From Octopus vulgaris (lineage: Eukaryota), in assembly GCA_951406725.2 (NCBI GenBank), contig OX597832.1:38750001-38814000 (forward strand): a stretch of 64,000 nt of DNA. Direction: 5' to 3'. The translations under genes were made by a program, and so were the position numbers. The notes below the pieces were generated by a model, which searched no databases, had not been told where the DNA came from, and saw only the letters and a list, made by a program, of their open reading frames with translations. How positions within the stretch are numbered: the stretch's first letter is position 1; each line of letters opens with the position of its first letter. Below are positions 1 through 13,124 of the stretch, in pieces.

Positions 1-419
1 ACAGTTCGTCCAGTAAAACCCACATTGGAGTGAAGAGGACATTAGTCAGGTATAAGGCATATACCTTGTCGTTGGCTCTAAACTCTTTGATTCAGTTGTG
101 GTGCTAGGTGCCGCCATGATGTACAGCGTGCCTTGGGTAATTTCAGACTGGATGGAGCAGATCCCTCTTCTGATCTGACTATAACCGGTTTATAGCAACA
201 AAAAAAATGACTCCAATTCAGGACTGGGACTTTATTTATCGACTAAGTAAGATTTAAAAGCAAAGCTGACCTCGGAGGAATTTTTAACTTAGAACGCTGA
301 CAACCGGAACGACTTACTCAACGTAGTCTAACAACTCGGCCATTGATTCTTGGTCGTCGAATAGGAAAATGGCGATTAGTCACTAATGAGCTTGAAGCAA
401 TTTACAGGTATTGCAAAGC

Positions 420-837
420 ATGGCTGTTTGGTTAAGAAGTTCGCTTTAGAGCCATGTGGTTTCGGGTTCGATCCTACTTGCACATTGGCCAAGTGAATTT
501 CTACTATAGCCTCGGATCGACCATTGCCATGTGAATGTATTTGGCAGGCGGTAACTCTTTCTCTCTTTCGGCGAGCTGGCAGAAACGTTAGCACGCCGGA
601 CGAAATGCTTAGCGGTATTTCGTCTGCCGTTACGTTCTGAGTTCAAATTCCGCCTTTCATCCTTTCGGGGTCGATAAATTAAGTACCAGTTACGCACTGG
701 GGTCGATGTAATCGACTTAATCCATTTGTCTGTCCTTGTTTGTTCCCTCTATATTTAGCGCCTTGTGGGCAATAAAGAAATAGGTAACTCTTTCTCTCTT
801 TCTCTCTCTAACTTTCTCTCTCTCTCTCTCTCTCTAA

Positions 838-868
<31 letters not shown>

Positions 869-908
869 TCCTTCTTTGTTTGTTTGTTTCTTTCTTTCTT
901 TCTCTCAC

Positions 909-941
<33 letters not shown>

Positions 942-1110
942 GTTTGTTTTTTGTCTCCGTAACTTAGCGGTTCAGCAAAAATGATCGTTAGAAATACGTA
1001 CCAGAGTCTTTTTTAAAAAGAGTAATGCGTTTGATTTGTTCGACAGCACCCTTCAAGACAGTGCTCCTGCATGGCCGAATGCAACAATGAATGCAACAAA
1101 TATAAGTTAA
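420..1110 (+). mobile_element. tRNA-derived SINE, family B (CORE-like centre, internal microsatellite, CR1-like tail), interrupted by a family A SINE
   Basis: Head tggctgtttggttaagaag...gggttcgatcc has A/B-box-like motifs. Tail cgtaacttagcggttc...gtgctcctgcatggccg matches the full copy at 24880-25297. Confidence 0.75.
569..785 (+). mobile_element. SINE family A nested in SINE B
   Basis: gcgagctggcagaaacgttagc...ggggtcgataaattaagtaccag...aaagaaataggt, near-identical to 8490-8709. Flanked by duplicated ggtaactctttctctcttt. Confidence 0.9.
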
Positions 1111-2159
1111 AAGACAAGTTGGGGGGAAAAAAACTCAAGTGAGCTAAGAGAAATAACTCAAGTAGGCCAATGACATAAGCATTGATAAATAAGTGAAGTG
1201 TTGCTGTACTGAATGACATTCACAATAAAATAAAATTTTCTTCTGAGAGAACGAAAACAAATTGACCCAACAGTAATTACTAGCTACTATTAAGGAAAAC
1301 CTAATGTAACTTATTTCTTTAAGTTATCTCCCCCTTTTATTTGAGAGACTGTTGTGAATGACGCTAGGTTTTTGTGTTCTTTCTTCAATGAAGGAAATTT
1401 CAGATCATTTAGAATATTTTACGTACATCATTTAGCAAACCACTCCTTATTTTATTATTGAACAGCGGAGTATTCGGTAAGCGAAATTACTTTTTGATGG
1501 GCTCGCATCAAGCTGACAAGGAATTTGAATGAAAGTCATTAATGGATATAAAAAACGAAATGATTTGAGGCTAAAGAAAGAAGAATTTTGCTGTTGTTTG
1601 CTTAATGTATGTTCACCGAAAGATCATAAAAAAATAATAACAACAACAACAACGACAAAGGAATATTGAAATAAACGATTAGATTTGATGTCGTAAAAGA
1701 AGAAAAATACAATGATAAGATCGACATAAAATATTCCTTGTAACGAAAACTGCTGCGATTATACAGAGTGATGGTGACATAAAAATAAAATTTCCCAACA
1801 TATGTTGGGCGAAAATAATTTTAGTATTCAAAACCGCCAATAACTGAAATAAGCAATATTGCAATATTTTAAAGGGAATTTCCTTGTTTTGGCTTCGTCC
1901 ATTTACGAGATTAAAGCAGCCTTTGCATTTCTCGTCGCTTTTATAAAGTTGCTTAAGCTTTAGTTTTATAATAGATGTTAAGCTGCTGCAAGTGGAACCA
2001 TAATTACTTTGTCCTAAACATCTTTGGATATTCCTCTCTCTCTCTATATATATATGTAGATTCGCATACAATCACATATAGGTGCATTCACACAAAAATT
2101 CTTATGTGCATACCTTGACGTAAACATTTCTCTACATATATACATAGACACACACACAC

Positions 2160-2196
2160 ACATTATTATTATTATTATTATTATTATTATCATTAA

Positions 2197-2229
<33 letters not shown>

Positions 2230-2258
2230 CATTATTATTATTATTATTATCATTATTA

Positions 2259-2304
<46 letters not shown>

Positions 2305-2312
2305 CATTATTA

Positions 2313-2344
<32 letters not shown>

Positions 2345-2483
2345 GTTATTATTATTATTATTATCATTATTATCATTATTATTATCATTATTATCATTAT
2401 TATTATTATTATTATTATTATCATTATTATCATTATTATCATTATTATTATTATTATCATTATTATCATTATTATTATTATTA

Positions 2484-2560
<77 letters not shown>

Positions 2561-2572
2561 ATTATTATCATT
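2160..2572. repeat. (ATT/ATC)n microsatellite
   Basis: Directly visible trinucleotide array. Confidence 0.98.
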
Positions 2573-2939
2573 AAGGTGGCTATTCGCAATTTACGACCAA
2601 AATGCACGAGTGCAATCGTGAGTAAGGGTGCAACTCAGCTCCAGCCTTGCTAGAAATAAGAGTCAAAACAACTCTTAGCTACGAGAAAGCACTTATATAA
2701 TGACTGACAAGCTGATAAGCTCCCTACAGTAAGTGAGATAGAGTCAGGTCATCCATGACCTCGGATTTAATTAATCCTCATGAGTGACCCTTACTCAGTT
2801 GCCAAGGGCTAAGTTTAACTCACCTTGTCAGTTTATAGAAAAAATCATAGGACTTATAACTGTGATGACAATAGTTATTGGTATTGGATTTTCTGTGAAA
2901 TATGCCCCTTGGTTGTCTGAGTTAAAAAAAAAAAACGTA

Positions 2940-3251
2940 AGTGGTACTTATTTAATCGACCCCGAAAGGATGAAAGGCAAAGTCGACCTCGGCGGAATTT
3001 GAACTCAGAACGTAACGGCAGACGAAATACCTATTTTTTTACTACCCACAAGAGGCTTGACACAGAGGGGACAAACAAGGACAAAGGGATTAAGTCGATT
3101 ACATCGACCCCAGTGAGTAACTGGTACTTAATTTATCGACCCCGAAAGGATGAAAGGCAAAGTGGTCCTCGGCGGAATTTGAACTCAGAACGTAGCGGCA
3201 GACGAAATACGGCTACGCATTTCGCCCGGCGTGCTAATGTTTCTGCCAGCT
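2940..3251 (-). mobile_element. SINE family A: one full copy (3031-3251) plus a fused partial copy (2940-3030)
   Basis: Reverse complement of the family A sequence; atcgaccccgaaaggatgaaaggcaaagt occurs twice. Confidence 0.9.
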
Positions 3252-3370
3252 CACAAGTTTACGTTGAAACCACTATGAGAAAATAAAGAAATGTGCACCA
3301 CAAATTCTGGTTTACAGTATTCACGATTGTTTAACTTCCAAGTCAACAGTAATCGAGGACACTTGCAATG

Positions 3371-3682
3371 TGTGGAGGCGCAATGGCCCAGTGGTTAGGG
3401 CAGCGGAATCGCGGTCATAGGATCGAGGTTTCGATTCCCAGACCGGGCGTTGTGAGTGTTTATTGAGCGAAAATACCTAAAAGCTCCACGAGGCTCCGGC
3501 AGGGGTGGTGGTGATCCCTGCTGAACTCTTTCACCACAACTTTCTCTCACTCTTTCTTCTGTTGGCCTGCTCGGTTAACCAGCGGGGTGGCGTCATTCGA
3601 AGGCTAAAACAATGCGAAGCGCATTGTGACCAGCGATGTGTAGCAACATCTGATGGTCTGGTCGGTCACGTGATCACGTGAT
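3371..3682 (+). mobile_element. tRNA-derived SINE family C, short-tail form, with 11-bp TSD
   Basis: tggcccagtggttagggcagcgg...ggtttcgattccc A/B boxes. TSD cacttgcaatg at 3360-3370 and 3683-3693. Confidence 0.92.
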
Positions 3683-4249
3683 CACTTGCAATGAAAGACA
3701 CTTTGATCGTGAACAACCTCCTTTCTCAAAATGAATGTCTAATAATACATTATTTTTAAAAATGTCTTTCTATATTTTCCAGACGATTTGACGGAGACCT
3801 GACCATTATATTATTGAAGGTTGACTCACCATTTTAGGGTTCCCCGGGGACCCCGATCAACTCCAATTTGAGTAGATGTGAATCTCATTCATAACATTGT
3901 TCAGCTTGGAAATAACAAATCTCAACAATACGAACTAAGGCCATAACCAAAGAGCGATAAGAAGCAGAATTTTCCGTTATGGAAAGAGATTCCGTTTACT
4001 TACAATGTAGCTTTTATCTATGAATTCTTATATAAACAGCACAGGAGCTGATAACATTGAGATAATGATTCAGCCATTGAAAATATCAGGTTATTACATT
4101 GTGGAATATAATAATAATTATGCAGTAATTGTATTAAAAATAGTGAAGATGGGGAAGATGGGGAAGATGGAGGGATGTGTTGTGTGTAAACCTCTTTATT
4201 GTTACATCGTGACTTATTAAATATCACGTTACAAACAAATTGCTATACC

Positions 4250-4426
4250 TAGATATAGATATATATACATATATATATATATATACATATATGTATACAT
4301 ATATATATATATACATATATATATACATATTTACATATATATACATATATATATTTGCATATATATATATATACATATATATATATATTTACATATATGT
4401 ACATATAGACATATGCATAGCATACA

Positions 4427-4514
<88 letters not shown>

Positions 4515-4574
4515 CATATATACATACATACATACATACATATATATATACATATATACATACATACATACACA

Positions 4575-4665
<91 letters not shown>
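4250..4665. repeat. Compound (TA)n/(CATA)n/(CA)n microsatellite
   Basis: Directly visible. Confidence 0.98.
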
Positions 4666-4668
<3 letters not shown>

Positions 4669-5151
4669 TGTTGTATACGAATAAATTCACTTGATAGCTT
4701 GTAGAAATGAAATTGTTACATTAATGTTAGTTTGCCCAAGATGGAAGCGTTAAGGTAAAAATTGCAAACGTACCAGCCTAGCTAGACTTCTGGTGAAGGG
4801 TCAAATGTGTTGTGTTGGAAGAGCCTAACACAGTGCTGGGAAAGCGAAAGGAAAAAGTACATTCGTGAAGAAAACTGGGTTTGGATTGACTAATTTCTCC
4901 TTTGCAGGATGGGAATTGCAATATAATCCTCTGTTTTCTTCGTTATCAAGTAAAACAATATTAACCAAAATATATATATTTCTGTGGCACATCCACCATC
5001 TACATATTTTTACCACTCTTCAGGTTCTCGGCAAGATCATCACTATTTAGGAATGTTACCGAATGTTTTCTGCCTCTTTCTTAATCGGAAATCTCGCTTG
5101 TACCGTGCCGAACCTTTTCCCTTGGCTGGCATATACTTTTAGTACCCCCAG

Positions 5152-5470
5152 AAGGCATGTGTCCAAGTGGTTAGGATATTCGGCTCACGATTGTAAAGTC
5201 GTGAGTTTGATACCCAGTGATGTGTATTGTCCTTGAGCAAACACTTGATTTCACTCTGCTCCAGTTCAGTCAGCTTGAAAAAAAAATGAGTTGTAACTGC
5301 TTTTCAAAGGGCCAGCGTAGTCACATTCTGTGTCATGCTGAATCTCTCTCTGAGGACTGCGTAAAGGGTAGACGTACTTGTGGAGTGCTCAACTAGTTGC
5401 GCACTAATTTCACGAATAGGCTGTTCAATTGACGGGACCAACTGGAACCCTCGTCGTCGTAATCATAGGA
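5152..5470 (+). mobile_element. Diverged SINE with D/E-type head and the long tail of family C
   Basis: tgtccttgagcaaacacttgatttcactctgctccag core, then caaagggccagc...gtggagtgctc...ggaaccctcgtcgtcgtaa tail shared with 8757-8935. Confidence 0.75.
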
Positions 5471-6377
5471 GTACCAGTAAACCCCAACTGGTTCAAGGCA
5501 CTTTTCAATTTAACTTCGTGTCGTTTACTCCAATCTTACCGTCCTATACACCTTTAAACAATACGTTTTTTCTCTCTCTGTGTCCTCCTGACTATGTTGT
5601 TGTGTGCTTAAAATGACTGTTCTTGCATTTTTGGTCAGGAAACATTTGGTATTTTTCAAATCCTGCGATTAGAGATAAATTAATTCTTGCACTCGAACTG
5701 CGTTAACGGATTTATTAACATTTGATTTGCTATGCGCAGTGTTAGCGTTATTAATGGTGTTAATGTTAATGTAAATGCTAGCGGTGGTGGCGATGTAGGT
5801 GGTGGTGGTGGCTGCGGTTTTGGCAGATAAGTTGTTGCTACAGTTAACTTTTTTTTTATTTATTTTCATCGTTCTCTTGATCAATGTTGTTGTTTTTGCC
5901 GTTGCAGCTATTCATTGCAGCGGGGTGAGTGGTTGTAGTGCCACAGTGTCGTTGTCGCCGCCCACATTGTCGTTGTAATTGCTGTTATTGTTGTTGATGT
6001 TTCTGTTGGCATTGGTGATGGCGCTGTCGCTTTGGCTTAAAATAGGAAAAGCAGAGTCGAAATTGCTGTTCCAAACGCTATTTACCCCCCTACATTACAG
6101 TATTCTGTTGAAAATTTCGGCGCCATGTTTTTATTCTATTTTTAATAGTTAAGTTTCAGAAAGAAATTTACCAAATTCTCTCACAAGAAAAGCAAACCAA
6201 ATCTATCTGTTCACTTCCTTAGTTACCTGATCTCTTTAGCAATAAAACAGCAACAACTCTATAGGACAGTCTTTTAAAACACAGTTAAAACAACCAAGCT
6301 TACCAGTGATTTGAAGGGCCGTTATAAAAATAAAACAGCATAAAAACAGCAGCAGCAGTAGCAACAACAACAACAAC

Positions 6378-6422
<45 letters not shown>

Positions 6423-6430
6423 TAAAAGGC

Positions 6431-6633
6431 AACAATTGCAGCGTGGAAGGTGTTTGTAAGCCATTTAAGAAACACACAAAAATTCGTGCTGCACGGATTT
6501 TTGTCAGTGAACAGGTCGCGGTCTTAAAGCGACGAAAATATTTTGACAAATTAAACTTAAATGTTGAAGTGAATCGAACGGCTTTTGTGTGTTTCTTGAA
6601 TGGCTTACAAACACCTTCCACGCTGCAATTGTT
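6431..6633. repeat. 51-bp inverted repeat enclosing a hammerhead motif (Penelope-type inverted cassette)
   Basis: 6431-6481 aacaattgcagcgtggaaggtgtttgtaagccatttaagaaacacacaaaa versus its reverse complement at 6583-6633, one mismatch. Confidence 0.95.
6500..6550 (+). ncRNA. Type I hammerhead ribozyme motif, G3:C8 swapped core
   Basis: Stem I TTTGTCA/TGACAAA; core GTGAACA plus G; stem II GTCGC/GCGAC; GAAA; palindromic stem III AATATT; UUU cleavage triplet ending at 6543. Confidence 0.75.
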
Positions 6634-6699
6634 TTCGTTCCAGCACACGATCTCAGATCAAATCCCTTGCTATGCAAGTACATCTCCGTAATAATAAAA

Positions 6700-6990
6700 G
6701 GTCTGATTCCTATCTAGCGCAGGGACCAGGAAACCCCAAAATGGCAGAAATTCAAAAGATAGTGCTCATGGGAACTGCCCATATCCGAGGTAAAATATAC
6801 TGTCTACGTAATCTCAAATTTTAAAACAAACTTATCATTTTCTTATGTTTTCTTAAACATTCTTTAGAACAATGCTATGTGCAAACCAAATATATGACAC
6901 CCTAGGCATAATACCACCTTGAACTTCTAACTTGTTGTCTCTCGAAGTCTCTGGAGGAGACTTAGAGTCAACTTGTACACATGCAAAGCG
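6700..6990 (+). mobile_element. 3' end of a restriction-like-endonuclease (R4/Dong-type) LINE
   Basis: YLAQGPGNPKMAEIQKIVLMGTAHIR fits the C-terminal QK..LLGTA.ILR motif, followed by 3' UTR. Confidence 0.75.
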
Positions 6991-8079
6991 AAAGTCAATA
7001 GGGGGCTGCAATAAGGGTGGAGCACTTGCAGAAAACAATATTGCTTGGAACCGCTCGAATATTCTGGATGGTGCTTGCAAAATTAAGGGTTGTTACCTTA
7101 GTTCACTGGTACTGAACAGCTGACACCGTAGTCATCCCCAGCGTTAGAAGCTGTGCAAAGACAATAAATATTATAATAATGAGTTTGTTTGTAAGTTTGT
7201 CCAAAATCACGCAATAACAAAGTCGTTGAGTAAGTAAGAGTAAAAAAAGAGACAAAATGGTAATAACAATGAGAGAGGGAGTGGTATCAAAAAGCACCTC
7301 TCTCTCTCTCTCTCTCTCTCTTCCCTTTATTGATGAACGCTGCCTTTCTCTCTCTCTTCCCTTTATTGATGAACGCCGCCTTTCTCTCTCTCTTTCTCTC
7401 TCTCTATCTTCAGACGCGCACATACACACTCATTCTCTCACTCACTTTTTCACTCTCCCTCTCTCTATTTCTTTCTCTCTTTTTCACTCACTCTCCCTCT
7501 ATTTCTCTCTCTCTCTATTTCTCTCACTCTCTCACCAACAACATTTTCATTTGTATTCGATTAACACTGATTTTTTTTGCTGGTAAACATTAATAACAAT
7601 GTATAAGATAAGTAAATACGATTTTTTCACCTCAAAATTATTTTTCCTGTATCTCTATGGATATTTGGCTGTTCTGGAAGATTTTTCTGCTTAAAAAGTT
7701 GCTAAGTTAATAGAATACAAGATAAGTAAATAAGTAGTAATTTTTAAGTCACAGAATTAAAATATTGGCTACTGAAAGAAAACTTGATAATATTATCTGT
7801 TTAAAGAAAGCTTGATAATATTGTCCGTTTAAAGAAAGCTAAATATAAAAGGAAGGTAAATATAAATATTTACAAATACCTACTGATACAGTGATGTTTG
7901 TAAATATTAATAAATGAAGAATTTTGCCAGGTCGGTGAAGTTTGTCTTCAAGATCTTATTCCGTTTCAGGCGGTAAAGAGAGTGAGAGAGAGAGACAGAG
8001 ACAGACAGACAGACAGACAGACCGAGATAGAGAACGCGTAGACGTTGCCGGAAACAAAATAATAAGTCTCTATGTGTAT

Positions 8080-8457
8080 GCTGACCAGAAGAGAATTAAT
8101 GCATTCGAGCTTTGGTATTGGAGAAGACTTTTGCGGATTCCATGGACAGCGAGGCTCACCAATGGAGAAGTTCTTAAGCAGATAAGGCCGAAAATGTCGC
8201 TAGAAGTTGGGATCACCAAGCGTAGATTGGCATATTTCGGTCATATTATGCGGAGAGAATCCCTGGAGAAGGACATCATGCTCGGAATGGTCAGTGGCAA
8301 GAGAAGAAGAGGCCGACCAAGAACCCGCTGGCTTGACACCATCAGGAGTGATACCGGAATGGACATGGCCAATCTGAAGGAAGTGGCTCCGGATAGAACT
8401 GACTGGAGGACACTGATCCAACGAGTGACCGAGAGTCGACTTCGACTGAGCGGATAG
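8080..8457 (+). mobile_element. 5'-truncated RTE (BovB-like) LINE, C-terminal ORF still open
   Basis: RINAFELWYWRRLLRIPWTAR...LAYFGHIMRRESLEKDIMLGMVSGKRRRGRPRTRWLD...VTESRLRLSG is the typical RTE C-terminus. Confidence 0.93.
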
Positions 8458-8489
8458 AGAGCGAGTGTGTATACGGTTAATGTAATCAT

Positions 8490-8709
8490 GCGAGCTGGCA
8501 GAAACGTTAGCACGCCGGGCGAAATGCTTAGCAGTATTTCGTCTGCCGTTACGTTCTAAGTTCAAATTCCGCCGAGGTCGACTTTGCCTTTCATCCTTTC
8601 GGGGTCGATAAATTAAGTACCAGTTACGCACTGGGGTCGATGGAATCGACTTAATACCTATGTTTGTCCCCTCTGTGTTTAGCCCCTTGTGGGTAGTAAA
8701 GAAATAGGT
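8490..8709 (+). mobile_element. SINE family A, full length, with TSD
   Basis: Duplicated ggttaatgtaatcatgcg at 8475-8492 and 8707-8724. Confidence 0.93.
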
Positions 8710-8756
8710 TAATGTAATCATGCGTGATTTGGGACTTTGTATGGTTTACGTATGTG

Positions 8757-9139
8757 GAAGCACTCCGTCGGTTACGACGATGAGGGTCCCAGCTGATACG
8801 ATCAACGGAACAGCTTGCTCGTGAAATTAACGTGTAAGTGGCTGAGCACTCCACAGACACGTGTACCCTTAACGTAGTTCTCGGGGATATTCAGCGTGAC
8901 ACAGAGAGTGACAAGGCTGGTCCTTTGAAATACAGGTACAACAGAAACAGGAAGTAAGAGTGAGAGAAAGTTGTGGTGAAAGAGTAGAGCAGGGATCACC
9001 ACCATCTCCTGCCGGAGCCTCGTGGAGCTTTAGGTGTTTTCGCTCAATAAACACTCACAACGCCCGGTCTGGGAATCGAAACCGCGATCCTATGACCGCG
9101 AGTCCGCTGCCCTAACCACTGGGCCATTGCGCCTCCACA
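8757..9139 (-). mobile_element. SINE family C, long-tail form
   Basis: Head is the reverse complement of 3371-3555; the 3' tail differs (ctgaatatccccgagaactacgttaagggtacacg...gtaaccgacggagtgc). Confidence 0.9.
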
Positions 9140-9249
9140 AACATATACAAACTAACGTAGACACGCACGCACACACACACACACACACATACACACACAC
9201 ACACACACATACACACACACACATACACACAGGCACGCACACAAATATA

Positions 9250-9543
9250 CTCATTTGTTTTGAAGTTTGTGTTCCGTTGTATTAAATACACTCATCCACC
9301 TGTTATGGAGAATGGATCAGACAGAAGGCGACGGTTCGCCAGAGAGAGAGAATGACAAAGGCAAAAGAACAGACAGTCTCACTCAGGAAGAACTGAACGC
9401 AAAAAGATTAAACAAATACGTTAAAGTTCTTAAATCAATCACAAAGAAGTGAGACGAGAGCAAGACGCGAGAAGACGTCAAAATGAAAAGGAGCGTCTAA
9501 CTGCAACAAAGAAGAGATATCCAGAGAGAATGAGAGAGAGAGG

Positions 9544-9582
<39 letters not shown>

Positions 9583-9992
9583 AGGGAGAGAGAGAAAGAG
9601 AGAGAGAGAAAGAGAGAAAGAGAGAGAAAGGGAGAGAGAGAGAGAAAGAGAGAAAGAGAGAGAGAGAAAGAGAGTAGAACCAAAGCACCAAGTTGAAAGA
9701 GAAGAGCAAGCAGCAGTGAGGAGAGAATATCTAAGAATGGAACATCGCAAAGGCAACGAAGATGAAACGGAAGAGGAAGCAGCACAAAGGAGAGAAACCA
9801 AAAGAGAGAAGAATGGAAGAATTAATTAATACTGAAACAGACCATCTAAAAGAAGGTGAACTCATTATTTGGTAGGGTTTTCGCTAGAAACGAGGTGTTG
9901 AAGCAAATACGGAGATAAAGGTCGTAATGTTTTTACTTTCATTTTAGTTTCCGTATCATTTTCATGCCGTCATTTCTGACGGCACGGGCACA

Positions 9993-9995
<3 letters not shown>
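9250..9995 (+). mobile_element. Possible non-autonomous Helitron remnant
   Basis: Charged ETEEEAAQRRE-type ORF remnants, ending in a GC hairpin tgccgtca-tttc-tgacggca (9965-9984) just before a CTA run. Confidence 0.4.
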
Positions 9996-10205
<210 letters not shown>

Positions 10206-10206
10206 A

Positions 10207-10451
10207 TGAATGAATGAATGCGCACTTTTAAAACCTAGCCAGGCTCATGGGCCCGGTTTCCCGGTTTCAATGGCGTATGTGTTCCCCAGCTGGACGTGAC
10301 GCCAGTCTATCGCAGCATTACTCATTTTTGCCAGCTGAGTGGACTGGAGCAACGTGAAATGAAGTGTTTTGCTCAAGAACACAACGCGTCGCCCTGTCCA
10401 GGTATCGAAACCGCAATCTTACGATCGTGATGCTGACACCCTTACCACTAA
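10207..10451 (-). mobile_element. tRNA-derived SINE family E
   Basis: Reverse complement of 49756-50010 (gttgtgttcttgagcaaaacacttcatttcacgttgctccag...gaaaccgggcccatgag). Confidence 0.85.
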
Positions 10452-11326
10452 CAACAACAACAGCAATGATAATAATGTTTAAGCAAACTTATATCTATGG
10501 CACTGCTAGCATATAGAAACAACGTTTATTTAGCTGGATTATGTTAGGAACAAGATATGAATTCTTGTACTATTTGTTCAAAAAGAAGTATTTTGGATTG
10601 CTTGATGGTCTGCCTTATCATCTGAGTGGAGAGAAATTTGGTCCTTAAACACATTTAAGTATCTATATGTTTTTGGTAAACAACAGTTTGGCTTTTACTG
10701 TTTGTTTTGCAAGACAACCGCCTAAGAAGTAATAGGAAGCAGTAATCGTCATAGTGGTAGTAGCATTTCCCTGAAAAACTCAAGCAAACAGAAACCCACT
10801 TCATGCTGAAACATGAATATGAAATTTAAAATAATACAATCTGAAATTAAAATAAACACACGCAGAGCTTGAAAATGCGCACTAGAAAGCAATAAGTAAA
10901 TAAATAAAAGTGTTGGAAATATTAATTCAAATAGAGAAAGTTGTCCACAAGCACATTATAAACATACAGAACAGAATCGACACCACCAGCAATAACAACC
11001 TCATTTCATGCTTCGCAAGCATATTGGATTACAAGTAGTTTGTCGATAAGAGTGAGCTCAAATAAAAGAAAATATGGACGATGCATTCCAAGGAAAGACA
11101 GTGACTTCCTTGGTAGAATCGATACAGCATCGAATTAAATACCATTAGATAGATCTTCCGATTCTTTAAATCCGGGATTGAAATCCTGGGGAGGCATTTT
11201 CCCGAGCTGACATTAACCTTCTACTATTAATATTGATATTAACCTTCTACCACCTTCCTTTCAAGGTAAGTATAATTTTGTTGCTCCTGCTCTTGGGTGA
11301 CGCCCTTCATTCATATTGAATTCCTG

Positions 11327-11417
11327 TTATTACTTCCGTCTTAGCGAAGGCGGAGGTATTGTTTTCAGTCGTATTTGTTTGTATGTCTGTGGACAAGATA
11401 TCTCAAGAAAGGCTGGA
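11327..11417 (+). mobile_element. Terminal fragment of a Helentron-associated (HINE/DINE-like) element
   Basis: ttattacttccgtcttagcgaaggcggaggtattgttttc hairpin, then gtttgtatgtctgt repeats and gatatctcaaga. Confidence 0.6.
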
Positions 11418-13124
11418 AAGTAAACCAAAGACGCTTCGTAAGTAACCCACACTCTGTATAACCAACGCCTAACACACTTAACACACACGCACACACAAAC
11501 ACACACACATACACAAAAATCTTCGTACTCTATCATATGATGGTCGACCAATTTCCAAACTTTTAAAACTCATTAGAATCAAAATTACACTATTGCTTAC
11601 CACCCGTAACATTTCGAAATTTCACTGAGCCGTACATAACCGGAATGAATACAGGGTCGAGCATTTTACTATCTGTTATTTAATTTAAAACATTATATAT
11701 ATTTTAATTCTTCATTTTCTTAAAAAAATTCTATTTTGTATGAATTCTTATTCCCCACATCTACACGCATATATTTACAATCACCCAGCTTCATGAATGC
11801 ACCTCAAGTTCAATTTATTTTAATTTTCATTCTCTACTATTTATCTATCTCGAATAGACATACTAATAATTTTATAGATTTCATAAATTCATAATCTTTA
11901 TAACAATACTTATTTCCATAGACAATTTTAAAATGCATAATTTTGACCATACATACATACATACATATATACTACCACCTAACTTCAAGAATGCACAATC
12001 ATATAACGTCTGAGAAATTTTTGATTTCAATTTTTGATTCTCTATTCACCTCCTGCATACATAATATTCCTCATACATTTATAATTCTTGGAACAATACT
12101 TGTATCTACAGAGAGTTTCTTTTACGGATTATTTTGATAAATTTTAAAAGAAAAGTAGGTAAGAGTACATTAAGTGGGGCGCATGCTACACGCATATTTT
12201 AACGCTTCGAAATTTCGTCAAAAAATGCATAATTGAAATGAACTCCCGAGCGATTTAAAATTTCCATCGAAATCTTTAATTTTGCAAACAAACCAATACC
12301 GACTGTCAAGCGATGAGGAAGGGACAAACACAAAGCCACGCATACTCAAACACACACAAACATATATATATATACATACACATAGACGTGCTTCTACACA
12401 CTTTCCGTCCACCGAACTCACTCACAAGTCATTCGTTGGCCCGGTGATGTTCTGGAAGGCATTTTCCCAATGTGCCACGCAGTGAGACTAAACCCAAAAC
12501 CACGTTGTAGAAATGCAAACCTTTTATTACAGTAAGGGACTTCGAAGGTGAACCAAAGCACATCTGAATAAAAAAAAAATACCAAAAAATAACAATATAC
12601 ACAAAAGTACATAAATAAATGCATTCAACATTGGGTGGGTCTCTTAGACAGATTAGAATACCAAGAAAATACCACCCAGCGAGTCAAAAAGGAGTATCTA
12701 CGCGCTGGAAATAGTAGCTAAATCTCCCTCGAATTATATCTGATAGGGAGGATACATTGTATAAAAGTAGGAAATACCGTTGAACAAATTTATTCATTCA
12801 TTCAGAGTAAGGCTTGGATCAAACTTCAGCTAAAAAGCAAAAACAATATTGGTCACGCGGTCCGTATTTTGGCAAATCGGAAAACATTTCAGGAGTAACT
12901 CCAGGATTTTTTTCAAGAGTAACAATTTAACGGTGTCATCATCATCATCATCATCATCAGTAGCAGCAGCATCCTCATTATCACCACCACCACCACTATC
13001 TCCATCATCATCATCATCAACATAAAATTACTTTGTAAGCAAAAGCAAAAGAGAAAAAAGGGGGAAAAAAGCCAACAGTGTTTCCTTGGTTGATTTCTGT
13101 TCACATGAGAAAGTTCTTGTATCT

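Noticed and set aside
3371-3445. tRNA-like sequences at SINE heads
   Set aside because: They continue into SINE bodies with TSDs and lack a complete cloverleaf, so they are not tRNA genes.
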